A stretch of DNA of 63,502 nt, the filler included, from Reticulomyxa filosa (lineage: Eukaryota; Protista; Foraminifera): NCBI GenBank assembly GCA_000512085.1. It is 19 parts of 19 records of this genome, joined end to end, with 100 filler letters (N's around TTAATTAATTAA, not from the genome) between each part and the next. Parts side by side here need not be neighbours in the genome. Positions count along the whole stretch, not along the records: positions 23,554 to 27,313 come from ASPP01019422.1; positions 27,414 to 32,192 come from ASPP01029263.1; positions 32,293 to 33,472 come from ASPP01034457.1; positions 33,573 to 34,748 come from ASPP01008353.1; positions 34,849 to 36,228 come from ASPP01015859.1; positions 36,329 to 44,102 come from ASPP01037266.1; 13 more parts are not named here. The stretch is one strand, 5' to 3'. The position numbers and the translations under genes are program-made. Shown in pieces: positions 25,907-38,477 of this stretch (position 1 is its first letter; each line of letters starts with the position of its first letter). The notes beneath the pieces are model-generated. The model made no database searches, was not told where the DNA came from, and worked only from the letters and a program-made list of their open reading frames with translations.

Positions 25907-27313
25907 ATGGCTAATTTAATTACAACACAAAACGTTATTACTTCAACTCTCTTTCAAGGCTTGAAGGATTTGCCTACTCCACTTGAGCAATCTCAATGTG
26001 TGCTACACAAACATGAACTCCTCATTTTTGGAGGCGCATATGAAAGTGCTTGTTATTCTTATGATATACTCAAAAACGAATACAAGTTTATCTGTAAGTA
26101 TCCGAGTGATGTTACATTATTTGGACACTGCGTAGTGAAGCTGGTAGATAACAATAAAGACAGCAATGAGATCACTTTACTGTCTTTTGGTGGAAGAGAT
26201 AACCATACATTGACGATGAAATATGTAAGTGTTTGGAGTGATGACAATGATGAAACGAATAAATTAAAGAATTACAATCGATGGATTCCTTTCACAGACA
26301 ATCGCAATCATCCAATTCACATTGGAGAAGATGAAAATAATTATTCTGGAGTGCGTGCAGTGATTGGTGGAAGTAATAATCATTTGTTATTTATCACTTA
26401 TTATCCATGGGAAATTAGTGTGTTTAATTTAAATACATTTCAACTTATTAAACATGATACTTTTCCAACTAATGGTTATTTTATTCGTTATCATTGCTTT
26501 GTATTAAAGTCAGAAAATGGACAAGGACAAGAAATGATGAAAACAAATAAAAGAATTCATAAAATGCTGTTGTTTTGTCAAAAAACAGGATTATCAATTG
26601 AATATGACGAAGATAACAATACTTTTCAATATCATCAACTACCTGTCTCTAAGGATATTGCATCATTCTATCAATATGCATATGTGTATATCAATGATAT
26701 CATCTTGTTCTTTGGTGGGCATTATTATCAAAATAATAATAATATTGTCTCAAAGTCAGTGCATAAGTATTCAATACAAGAAAAAAAATGGATTACATTT
26801 AAAGATATATTGCCTATTCGATTGAGTAAATGTTATGGAATATTGAATAAAGACAGTGATCATATACATGTCATTGGAGGATCTAGTGAACATTATGTAC
26901 CAATACACATGAAAATAAATGTGAATGAATTAATAGAACCTCTACAGTTGGTTAGTTTTTTTATAATTAAACATAAATGAATTTTATTGCATGGAACTGA
27001 TTAAAAAACAATTAACAGTCAAAAAACGAAATAAAATTCGTTATTCAACATTGGATTCGAATTTTAAAGATAAGATTAGGATGGATTGATGATTTTGACA
27101 AAATTATTATTAAATATGTTAAGCAATGTTTATATAATATATACATATAAATAACTGATAATTATACAATTCACATTTTCAAATAGGTAAGAGATTTTGA
27201 ATTGCTAATGGTTTTACAAGCACATAGTAATGCAGTAAGCAGTGTAAGATTTTCTGCAGATGGTTGCAAGATTGTTTCAGCATCATATGATCGCACTATT
27301 CGAATATGGGATG
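25907..27313 (+). CDS. Kelch-like propeller + cassette exon + WD40 fusion protein, 3'-truncated
   Basis: Exons 25907-26950, 27019-27117 and 27187-end, with phase-0 introns. The last exon reads [42 protein letters not shown]. Confidence 0.9.
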
Positions 27314-27562
27314 NNNNNNNNNNNNNNNNNNNNNNNNNNNNNNNNNNNNNNNNNNNNTTAATTAATTAANNNNNNNNNNNNNNNNNNNNNNNNNNNNNNN
27401 NNNNNNNNNNNNNCTTGATATAATCCATATGTTACAATACTATTTGTCCACATTTTTTTTCTTTCTTTTTCTTTTCTTCTTCATTTAATATAATCTTCCT
27501 CCTCTTCCTTTTTCTTTCATTACAAATCTACAATTAAATGATCCATGTTCACATTGTTTTAG

Positions 27563-28860
27563 TCAAAACATTTCACAACAACTGAAAATATGATAAAAAA
27601 TAATATATACCTTCAAATGAAGCTGTCCTTCGTGCTTGGTTGATATTTGTTCTTTTCTGGTGTTGATGATATGCATTTTCTGTTTTAAATTCGAGTAATG
27701 GCAGAATTTCATGCCACGAGGGAATTCTCCACAAAATATGCATTTGTTCATCACAGCTCTGATACATTTCCATTTCCTGGATTGCATGTCTTATATTGAT
27801 TGATTTATGAACTCACACAAACAATCCACTTTTGAGCTGTGAACGATACAACTGCGCTGCATTCTGTCCATAGATTGGTTCATATTATCTTTGTTATTTT
27901 TGGTGACTCGTGACACTGGTCATATTTTGAGATTGGAAATTTATTGAAATTGTTTTTTGGATGCCAATTGGTCAACTTGTGGAGCCGATTCCAAGATTGC
28001 GATTCAGACCTTGAGGATTCATCCAAGACGAGTCAGCAATGTGTACGTGTTAAATGCCAATTCTGCTTTGGACAAATTGTTAATATCTTCAAGGTTCACT
28101 TAAACAGCTTTTTTTTGTTGTTTCAATCGCTATCCACATGAGTAACGCTTCAACTAGTATGTTATTCAAGAAAAAGAAAGGCATTCGCTCTGGTGAATAC
28201 TTGTTACGAACATACTTCAATTGATTGATCTTTTTTCTCCATTTGATTGCGATATTGAACAAATCATTGGACAAATGTGGGATAATCGATAGCCAACTTG
28301 AGGATTTATATCTATACGCTTTCAACAAAGTCGCGGACGTAATATAACTGAAATTACATCGACAATGACAAGGAAACGCAAGTTGTTGTCATAGTGCCAA
28401 TTTTGTTTGACAAATGATTGTCATATCAAGTTTGGATCGATAGTATTTGATGGTGAAACTATCGTCACTAGTGATCCGTTGATTTCTTTTGAGTCCATGT
28501 TGCCACCAGAAAAATCTTGTGTGTTGATAGTATCTTCGATATGCCATCGGGAAGAAAATTGTTTGTATTTTGGAATTCATGATATTGAATTACATGTTTG
28601 TCCATTGAAGTCAATTCAAACGACGATTGAATGTATATTCATATTAATAATATATTACAGGTGTTGATGCTGGCTATAAAGTTGGAGACACTGAAGCAGT
28701 TTGATTGGGTACATAATAAAAATTGTTACATTGTTTGCTGTGTCCATTGGATCCATTGAATTGTCCACTTATTGAAGATTCACTTCAATATCTTCGCCAC
28801 ATCGAACCACACGAATAAAAGATTGATCTCGAACTGTAGTTATAGATTATCCAAATTGTC
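27563..28860 (-). pseudogene. Decayed coding-like sequence of unknown family
   Basis: Several short ORF fragments with coding-like composition, ending in a CxxC-containing piece (KCIFCGEF). No family recognised. Confidence 0.3.
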
Positions 28861-31800
28861 AAATTTTTTTTCTATAACATTCAACTACACAATATTCACA
28901 CATTATATTTTTTTTTAAACAAACATATACAAAGAAAAAACTTACTTAACGTGTTGTTGTCCCGCTTGGGATATTCCAGTATTAAAAAAAATAAAAATTT
29001 AAAATTCAAATCTAACTCTTTTTTTCTTTTTCTTTCTTTATCATTTTCTTTTTCATATTTTTTCTTATAAAAAATGTCAACTTTTTTAAATTTTTATCTT
29101 TTTATCTTTTTCTTTTTTTCTTTATCCTTTTTCTTTTCTTTCTTTCTTTTTTTTCCTTTTTCTTTATCATCCACTTTTTTTTTCTTTATTCTTCCTTTTT
29201 TTTTTATTATTCTTTCTTCCCCTTTTTTTCTTTTTATTATTCCATTCTTTTCTTTCTCCCCCCTTATTCCTCCCTTTCTCCATATTTTCCAACCCCTTTT
29301 CAAGATATACATACACTCTTCCAGTCTTTGTTACGCCGAACCTATTTGCATAACCAAACAAAGTTACATTTATAATTTTTTAAGAACAGTCTAAAAAATA
29401 TATATTTATAACTATTATTTGAAATTTCATCTCTTTTTCTTCTTTTTTCCTATAAGAACACTTACAATCTTTTTTTTTTGGAATGTGTACAAATAAATAT
29501 ATGTATATATATGTTTTTTCTTTGAGGGGGAACCTATTAAATCACAAACACAAGCACAAACATTATATAACAAAATAATATATATGTATACATAAATAAA
29601 CATCACATACAATTATTCCTCTTTGAGGATACGGGGGTAGTTTCAACCCCTTATTTTTTTTCTTTTGTGTGAACGGATGGGAACAAATAAGGTAACGACT
29701 TTGGTGGACGGAGGAACCTATGTTATAGCAACATACAACAACTTAAACATATTTAAAAATATATAAATATATAACAAACCTTTATTTCTCCTTTCGGAGA
29801 CGGGGTGGTTCTACCCCGTATTCTTCTTTCTTTGTTCACATTGTTGGGTCCTATTGACACAACACACATATAGATATAAGTCGCATAAACAAAAAACACA
29901 ATATATTACCTTTTATTGACGTATCGCAGGTGTAATAGTTCATCATTGTTTGCACTCCTTCACCTATACCACCATTTGCGCAATTGATCCATACCTTTCA
30001 ACGATGCACGTGACAATCAAAAACATGTATTTACAACAACAAACAAATAAAAAAATAAAGAATAACTTGTCAAGACCACATTGGTCACCTTCTGATGTTG
30101 GAGCTGGTGTTGTCAACTGAGTTTCACAAAGGATTTGCGCTTTTGTCAATGAATTGGACCAATGTATTGTTTATGAGATTGTGCAATGCAATCTGTGTGA
30201 TCAATGGAGTGCATAATGTTGATTGCTATTGGATAGACCATGCCTTGGTGGAAGTGGCTGATGTACAAAAAAGGATGGACATCACCACTGACTTGCAATT
30301 CGATTGCCCGTCAATTGTGTCATTGTCCATATCCTTCTTTGCGCAAACAGCGCTTCTTCCACCTTAAAGGCAGGTGCTGATCCATGTGACGACCACCGAC
30401 TTTCCATTAAAATTTGCGCCAGCAATTGCAGCTGGTTTGGCCATGTGTCAAAGTTGTTATCGTCCTTTTCGCCATTTCGTCCATGTTGTCCGTGTCGTCC
30501 GCATTTCTTTTTTGCGCCACATCGTAAGACCTATCCAAATTTTTTTTTATTTGCTGCTTTTTAAAAAAAAGGAATAAAAAAAAAAAGCATAACATTGAAG
30601 TACCAAACAGCGTTTAAAAATGTGTTCGCTTATATAAGTTTGACTTGATGATTATCGAGTTGTTGGTACATGACGAAGATGCGAGTGTTGGTGACAATAG
30701 CTTGGACGTGGACGCCGAACTTTGCATAAATTTAGGATCGCAGTTTGTTTTAGTTGGAACACGAGACATTTGAAGAGCAGAATTGTATATATTGTCGATA
30801 ACCAAATTCGGTGTTCGCGCCAACGTGGTACTGGAGCAATTAGTCGCAAACGATCCATTGAATGTTATATTCGCTACTGTCCTTCCAAACAATTTGCACA
30901 TTCCATTAAACTGTAGCGTGCTTGTCATCACCATCACACCCGCTTCTACTTCGTCACTTGTAAATAAACTATATTTTTGTTTTTTTAAAAAAAATCCATT
31001 GAAAATCAAATCTATCATAATACAATCCATCTTCCCCCTTACGTTTCTTGCTATACGTAAACCTCCCTTTTTTTTCATGATCATTTTTTTTCACTGTTAT
31101 GTACCTGTGCGATAATGATTTGTATGTCAATACGTACAATGATGATGATATTCCCGAAGTATGTGATGAAGTATTGCAGACGTCTTGATATATATACTCT
31201 GCATTTGATTGATGCTCAACATTCTTCTGAGAACACGTATAATTCTGTTTTTCAATTGCACATAGCCATCATTGAAAATTTGCACTGGTGACACTCTTAT
31301 GTTATTATGACCCTGTGGACATTGCACACATATCCACATTTTCGATTTCCACATTTTGATTATAGAGTGGTTGGCTGATGTACCATGTTGTTACCAATAT
31401 AACTATATTGTCTTGATTATTTGAATTTTTTTGCAAGTTTTCGGTTTGAATTGTCTCTGGCCACATATTTTGCACTTGGTACAACCAGAACTACAATTAA
31501 GATTTGAAGTGATATCAATATATTTTTATACACCAGCGACGAGTCCACGTTGCCGTTTAGAGAGAGCCAAGTTTCCGTTCAATCGTTTCTCCTCCGCTTA
31601 CCCCCTCTCTTATCAGGCACTCTGAAATGGAAATACGTCAATGATAAAAACAAAAGAAGTTTTAAAAAATGATTTCAAAATCAAAAAGTAGCAATCAATT
31701 TTCTTTTTTTTTTTTGAAAAAGCTGTGTTTTTTGTGAATATACTCGCACAAATTGAAAATAATGAAGTTAGTGAAGTTTGTGATAGTCCTCCATCTTTTT

Positions 31801-33572
31801 TCTAAAGCTAAAAGGAAAATCACAAACAAAATTGGACTAATTGCTCGACTCTAGTAAATTGCCTCATTAACTTAATTTTTTTAAGCTACAAGCCACAAAA
31901 AACAAGAAGCAATTAAGATCATTGAGAATAAAGGTTGAATGATTACCAACAAAAAAAATTTCCAGATCAAAAAATTCCAAATAACAAGAGATATCAAATC
32001 TCACATTCTTGATCTGGTAATTTATTTTTTTTATACATCATTGCATCCCCCGATGGAAGACTTGCCAATGAACACTCGTGGAACAGTTCGTTGGCTTGTT
32101 AAATCCTTCATAGTCCTTCACTTCAGATACATCGGATGAGGACAAGTTTTTGTCCAATTCAAAAATTCGAAGATCTGCCTTTTCTGTTTCTGNNNNNNNN
32201 NNNNNNNNNNNNNNNNNNNNNNNNNNNNNNNNNNNNTTAATTAATTAANNNNNNNNNNNNNNNNNNNNNNNNNNNNNNNNNNNNNNNNNNNNAAATGAAT
32301 TTGGTTATTCATTTAAGTTTATGTTATTTTGGTGATGGTGGATAATCGATGGATGAAAACAGTGCCATCGAATCCACCTCATCCAAAGAATGAAAGTGAT
32401 TTGATACAACCATATTTAATTGCATATTTTCAATGGAATGGCTTACATATTGATTAAAATAAACAACGGTTAAAAAGATATATTCAAAATGCAACCAAAT
32501 TGAGAGACAATGATTGCAAAGAAAGTATGACATATTCTTATATTGCAGTGATAATAATAGATCATGTTTTCCTCCCCGTGAGAGAAATTTGTTACGGATT
32601 GTAAAGCATTAACCATGTCATCCAATTCAAACAAATACAGAAAATTGTTATGTGATGTCGTTTATCGTGATTTTGTAATCAAGAATATAAGTATTCTTTT
32701 TTTCAATAAAAATCAATTACAACGTAGCAATAATTAAAGAACAAAAATACTATAAAGATACAATGCATGGAAGTACAAACAAAATAAAAGGTGATAGTAA
32801 ATCAAATGCATTGAATGAATAATCACCACATATTCTCAGCACTCAGAATTGATGAACCTACTATCGAAACAATTGAAAGTTCCATATGAAGAGGTATACA
32901 ATTGAATAGCATTGGAACAAGCACTTATTGCAAAAGCAAATATACACACTATTCAAATAGGAACATTTTATCGTCGTGATGCATCCACTGATCAAACCTA
33001 TTTTCAAATGTACCTTAATTCAACAGAACGAGTCCATTTTTATCGATTTCATTTCGACATTAATGTATTTTATTGTCAATCATCCCTTCTTTGTTTGTTT
33101 AAGCTTAAGCATTTGAATTTAAATAACACGTCACAGTTATATGATTTTTATCTCAGCAGATTGTCTAATACATTTTGTCATCAAAGTCAATTTTGAAAGT
33201 GACGATGATTAAGAGTGTAAATGAAAATACTGATATTTCTTAAAAAAAAATTATCATCTTCAATTGAAAGTTACTTTTAAATTGGATTTGCATCTTTATC
33301 ACTTTTATTTTAATTTTTTTATTAAAAAAAAAGACTGAAAAAGCTCATATTCACTCAAAGTCAAATCAGCAAACAAGATATCTTCACTATCTCCAAATAC
33401 AAATCATACCCATACATAAGCCGTAACACAAATTAATATCACAACAAATATTATCATTGATTTTTCTTTTCTNNNNNNNNNNNNNNNNNNNNNNNNNNNN
33501 NNNNNNNNNNNNNNNNTTAATTAATTAANNNNNNNNNNNNNNNNNNNNNNNNNNNNNNNNNNNNNNNNNNNN

Positions 33573-34435
33573 CTGTAGTTGTACCCCAGCGTACTGTTCC
33601 AGTTTTGTGCCAGGCGATTGTGCAGTTTTATGCTCTGGCCGGACAGGCGGGACTTGGCCTCGTCCTGGGCTTTGGCCGAGCTGTCGTACTGGTTGATGCT
33701 TTCCGACTGGAAGGCGCTCAGGTCCAGGCTGTGGCCCTCGGCCAGCTGGTGCTGCACGCTGGCGTTGTAGGTGGTGTTCTCGAAGCCGTCGCGGTCGGGG
33801 TTGTACGTGGACAGGCGATTGCTGCGCGCAGAAATGCCATCCGTCTGGTTGTGGCTGAAGGCCAGGTTGAACGCGGTACGGTCGGCTTTGCCGGCGATGC
33901 CGGCGCCGATCACGCGTTTGCCTTCGGCGCCCACGCCCACGTTGGCGCTGAGCGACGGCTTGCCGCTACCACGCTTGGTAAAGATCTGCACCACGCCACC
34001 AATGGCGTCGGCACCGTACAGGCTGGACGCCGGGCCGCGCAGGATTTCGATACGCTCGATAGCGTCCAGGTTCAGGTATTCCAGCGAGGTGGTACCGGCC
34101 GTGGCGGACACGATACGCACGCCATCGATCAGCACCACGGTCTGCTTGGCGGTGGCACCGCGCAGCATCAAGCTGCTGCTCTTGCCCTCGCCGCCGTTGC
34201 TGTAGAACTCCACACCCGCTTCGCGGCTGAGCAGTTCGGCCACGGTGAGGCTGCCGGACTGGGCGATTTCTTCGCGGCCCAGCACGGTCACGTCGGACAA
34301 CACTTTGGCTAGCGGGGTGGTAGTACGGGTGGCGGTCACCACCACTTCATCGAGGGTAACGGGCTGCTTGGCCACGGCCGCCTGGGCACAGGCCAGGGCC
34401 ACCAGGGTGGCCAGGGGTTTGTTGCTGAAAGACAT
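33573..34435 (-). CDS. btuB: TonB-dependent cobalamin receptor BtuB, 3'-truncated
   Basis: Signal peptide, TonB box LDEVVVTATR, plug motifs LRG...VLIDGVR and IERIEILRGPASSLYGADAIGGVVQIFTK. GGAG RBS. Upstream B12 riboswitch. Confidence 0.93.
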
Positions 34436-34571
34436 GTAGACACACTCCGTAAGGACAAAAAGGGAGTGCGGAGAAATAAAGGACACGGCATACCGCCGGC
34501 AGGTGCCGGTAGCAGGCTGTCAGATCGCCTCCCCGCGATACTCCAGCTGAGCGCGATTCCGCCGCGCTCGT

Positions 34572-34747
34572 CGCAGGCCGGTCTCCGGGCTTGGCCATGC
34601 CAGCATCGCACCTTCCCGCCGTATGGGCAGTGGTTATCGCGATGCCTGAGGCGTATACGCCCAGGCCTTACCGTTGCGGGGGCAGCGCCGGTCTTGCACC
34701 GGCTTCCCGTTTCATCCGTCGCAGCCATGGCAGGACGGACACCTGCA
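34572..34747 (-). promoter_or_regulatory. Cobalamin riboswitch
   Basis: Minus strand reads AGGTG...AAACGGGAAGCCGGTGCAAGACCGGCGCTGCCCCCGCAACGGTAA...CCACTG...GGGAAGG...AAGCCCGGAGACCGGCCT (B12 box). Confidence 0.95.
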
Positions 34748-34848
34748 ANNNNNNNNNNNNNNNNNNNNNNNNNNNNNNNNNNNNNNNNNNNNTTAATTAA
34801 TTAANNNNNNNNNNNNNNNNNNNNNNNNNNNNNNNNNNNNNNNNNNNN

Positions 34849-34888
<40 letters not shown>

Positions 34889-35118
34889 ATGTGATATCGT
34901 AGCAGCCACATTTTTGAAGCCAACGTCTTACAATTGCAATGCATTGTTACACACTTGGATTTGTGATAGAAGTTTGGAATCCCTGTTTTGAGTCATTTGT
35001 GGTTGCAATTGACATTTCAATATTATATACATATACATATATGTATACGTATATATGTATATGTATACAAATATTCATACATATATATATATATATATAT
35101 ATGTGTATATAAATGTAG

Positions 35119-36172
35119 GTCTGGAGACAAATATCGATCTACATGCAACATATGCCCAACTGCGAGAACAGCGAGATATCGGATCGCAGAACGTGGTGGC
35201 CACGCAGACCATGAGATTGCAGTCCGGGAGATTAGTGTACGAGACGAACACGATGCAGAACAGGATGGACAACGTCGAGCTTTATGTGAACTCGAACAGT
35301 CGCGTGCACCTGACGGTGATGAGCAAGATAACGGGGGAGGGGTGTAACCAAGTCGTGGCAACAGACATTTTGTTCTTTCAACTGCGCTCGCCATTGACGG
35401 AGAACTCAAGTCTTGTGTATTTCAATGAGAGCACGAGCACGGTCAACTTGACTGCGACGCGTTCCACAAACTGTTCGACGGACCAAGTCAGACAAACCAC
35501 GAGGATACTCGTGTTGAATCCATCAGGCGTGGCGTTGTGGGACGACACTTCAGAAGACGTGTGCGCAGTAGGCAATCCGTCGTCGATGTGGATCCCTGGA
35601 CAAAAGTATGCGTTCGGCGCCATCACCATGTACACCCTTTCCACGGGCGAACGGTTTCTCAATTTGACGATGCTGTATTTCCAAGTCAATGAAAACCCGA
35701 GCCATTTCATTTGTGAAGCTACGAACACAAGTCGAGCCATGGTCACCCCTTTGAACATTTCGTGTTATACGTACATTAACAACTCCAATCACAGCGGTGG
35801 CGGCGGTGGTGGTGGTGGTGGTGGTGGTGGAGGAGGAGGACTTGCGTATGCGTACAATGTCATCGCCAAAGGCGATGCTGCCTTCTCCAGTTATATCTCG
35901 TCTCACCCATCCAATGTCACCACGTTTCGATTCTTTCCGGGACTGGACACCACGTACATTGCCATTGTGGCCAGAGGAAAAAACGACTCCTTCTCCTGTC
36001 GTTTTGTCAATGTCACCGTATTATCTCCCTTTGACAAGGACACTAACGCCTCTGCTTTCTACGACATTGCTCACTCCTTCATCTCCAACGACACCACCGA
36101 CGATTCCGTGTATCTCTCTTCGATGACCGCCCAAGACATCCTTCAAAATTTTATTAACTCCACTAAGCCACT
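35119..36172 (+). CDS. Internal exon of an extracellular glycoprotein, probably REJ/PKD-like
   Basis: Beta-rich sequence with many N-x-S/T sequons. VNENPSHFICEATNTSRAMVTPLNISC resembles the REJ C-terminal NxPPxGGxC...TxFxIxC pattern. Poly-Gly insert. Confidence 0.5.
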
Positions 36173-36505
36173 GTACTTTTTTTTTTTTTTTTGTGTGACT
36201 ATATATGTACATATATGTGTGTGTGTGTNNNNNNNNNNNNNNNNNNNNNNNNNNNNNNNNNNNNNNNNNNNNTTAATTAATTAANNNNNNNNNNNNNNNN
36301 NNNNNNNNNNNNNNNNNNNNNNNNNNNNTTCTTCTTCTTCTTCTTCTTCTTCTTCTGTTAATTGCCATTCGCTTGGCGCAAATGTACATTACAATGTGTG
36401 GCAAGGCACAACGGGAACCTGAACGGTACTATGCATAGACAATCAGCGTCAAATTGCCTGGCTGCACCCACTTGCAGTTATAGTCCCATTAGCAGTGTCG
36501 TGCTG

Positions 36506-38477
36506 ATGGATCACGTGTTTGTCGAGGGTTTGGATCAAGAGATATTTGCGTTTTGGAAACAATATATATTGCCCCCCAAACACGTGAAGAAACTAAAGTC
36601 GCAATTTGTAGATTTGTTGGATGACATTGCCGTGGATGTGTTTGGACACAAATCGTCTTCGCCAGCAACCACCGCAATCACAACCGCTATGGAAAATACT
36701 CTATTGCAGTTTTCGACATCGTACAATGGTATGTCCTATCCGGCCAAGTCCCATCTCAAAAGCAATCGCGGCAACAACAACAACAACAACGTTTTGAGCA
36801 ACGATGATAAACCGCATCGTGAGAGAGTCATCGTCGTTGGGTCATTCGCTTATGGGCTGGATTTGGCCAGTAGTGACATTGACTGCTGTTTGACCATCGA
36901 AAGTGCATACCGCTATGATCGTGACAACTGCATTGCCTACTTGACCGAATTGGCCAATTTCCTCAAAACCATTTGGCTCTTACATCCTAAACTTCGAACT
37001 CTCAAACACAAAATTACTGAGAAGAAACTGTTTGATCCCAATGAGCCATTAGTCCGAGGCTGGAACATTACAGGTTTTGTATTTTGTGCGCGTTTTTGTT
37101 TTTTTTTTTTTTTTGTAAAAAATTGTCTGCATCAGCAAATTTGCTGTGCACGCGTTTTTGTAGAAAACCAACCTCAAAAAATTTTTTTTTTTTTTTACAC
37201 ATATTTTTGCAATCACGTTTTTGATTGGGTGTGTATGCAACCGAAAAGATGTTAGTGTAAACGAGATCGCGGGCTTGGAGGATTGGAGACTCGACAGAGA
37301 AAGTGTCAGTGAGAACGAAGAAGAGAACAAAGAAGTGAGAGAAAATAAGGAAACGAACAAAGAAAAAACGGGAGACACAACAACAACAACAATAACAACA
37401 ACGAACTCAAAAAAAAGCATCAGTTGGTATTATCAACTGAAAGTAACCACGCTATTCAATGCCAAAGTCCCAATAATTAAGCTGTTTGACCCGCGCAGCA
37501 AGATATCGTGTGACATTGGCATATCGTACTTGGACCGCACTCGAAACACAATGAATTATATCAACCAATTGATGTACACCAACAGCGACATACGAGTGCG
37601 TATTTTGTTGATGTGCATCAAGTACTGGAGCTATCAACGGCGGATCAACGATGCATTCCGAGGCTTTATGAACAGCTATGGCTATGTGTTGTTGGCCATT
37701 AAATACCTGCAAGTATTGCAGCCACCTTTACTGCCTGTCTTATCCTCGTCTACTTCTCTGTCATTATCTTTTTCATCCTCGTCATCATCATCATCGTCGT
37801 TTTCATCTTCATCTTCGTCTTCTTCTTCTTCTTCTTCCTCTTCCTCTTTTTCTTCCACATCATCATCATCATCATCATCATCGTATTCAGCATCCAATTC
37901 GTCTTGCTCTTCTTCGTCCGCTTTCTCGTGCTCATCGTCCCCTTCGACATCGTCGTCCTCGCCTCCTGTCGGAGAGGTGACGTGTGACCCACATTTGCAT
38001 GAGGACACCCTCTCCACACAGACCCTCTTTGCGGTGCTTCAACCGAGTCTGAACCAAAAGAACAACATGTACTTGGCCGACTTGTTGTACGGCTTCTTTG
38101 AATATTACAGCCACTTTGACTTTGATCGCTGCATTGTGGACGTCACCGAGGTCGGGATTGCCTTGAAGCCAAGCAATGTGTGTACCATGTCGTCTGTCCT
38201 GCACAACTGCAATTCCATTGGCGGAATCAATCGAGGTACTTTCAACCCCACTTCTCCCTACGCCCAACTTTTATCTTCCAATCCTATCCATTTCCATGCC
38301 TTAGTTATTCAGGACCCCTTGGATGAAGATAACAACGTTGCGAAAAACGTTGATCATTTCACGCTGCAGATCATTCGTCAAGAGATCATTCGGGCCAAGA
38401 ATATGTTTGTCTCCAAGGAACATTGGACTTCCATTTGTGCACAAAACGATTGTCAAAATCCACAACAATGTCGTTAA
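36506..38477 (+). CDS. Cid1/GLD-2-family terminal nucleotidyltransferase; intron 37074-37248
   Basis: GS..YGL....SDID, AKVPIIK..CDI, IKYW...R.INDA..G..NSYGY.LL...YLQ..PPLLP, LL.GFFEYY, IQDPL...NNVAK. Start is uncertain. Confidence 0.92.
37744..37960 (+). repeat. Coding poly-Ser trinucleotide tract (TCA/TCT/TCG)n
   Basis: About 70 mostly Ser codons inserted within the nucleotidyltransferase ORF. Confidence 0.9.

Noticed and set aside
29020-29312. Lys-rich or Phe-rich ORFs
   Set aside because: Products of a low-complexity pyrimidine/purine tract with no coding evidence.
29787-29820. tRNA gene or T-arm (GGTTC)
   Set aside because: No cloverleaf, anticodon arm or properly spaced A/B boxes.
32293-33472. 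Possible gene on this contig
   Set aside because: Only short ORFs with no recognisable motif; cannot be supported.
33573-34748. Horizontal transfer of btuB or che genes into the eukaryote
   Set aside because: Stand-alone contigs with bacterial GC, RBSs and a riboswitch, and no junction to host sequence.
37682-38019. Antisense acidic and Met/Lys-rich ORFs
   Set aside because: Shadow frames of the poly-Ser tract. The same applies to overlapping ORFs in 62009-63256 and in the bacterial contigs.
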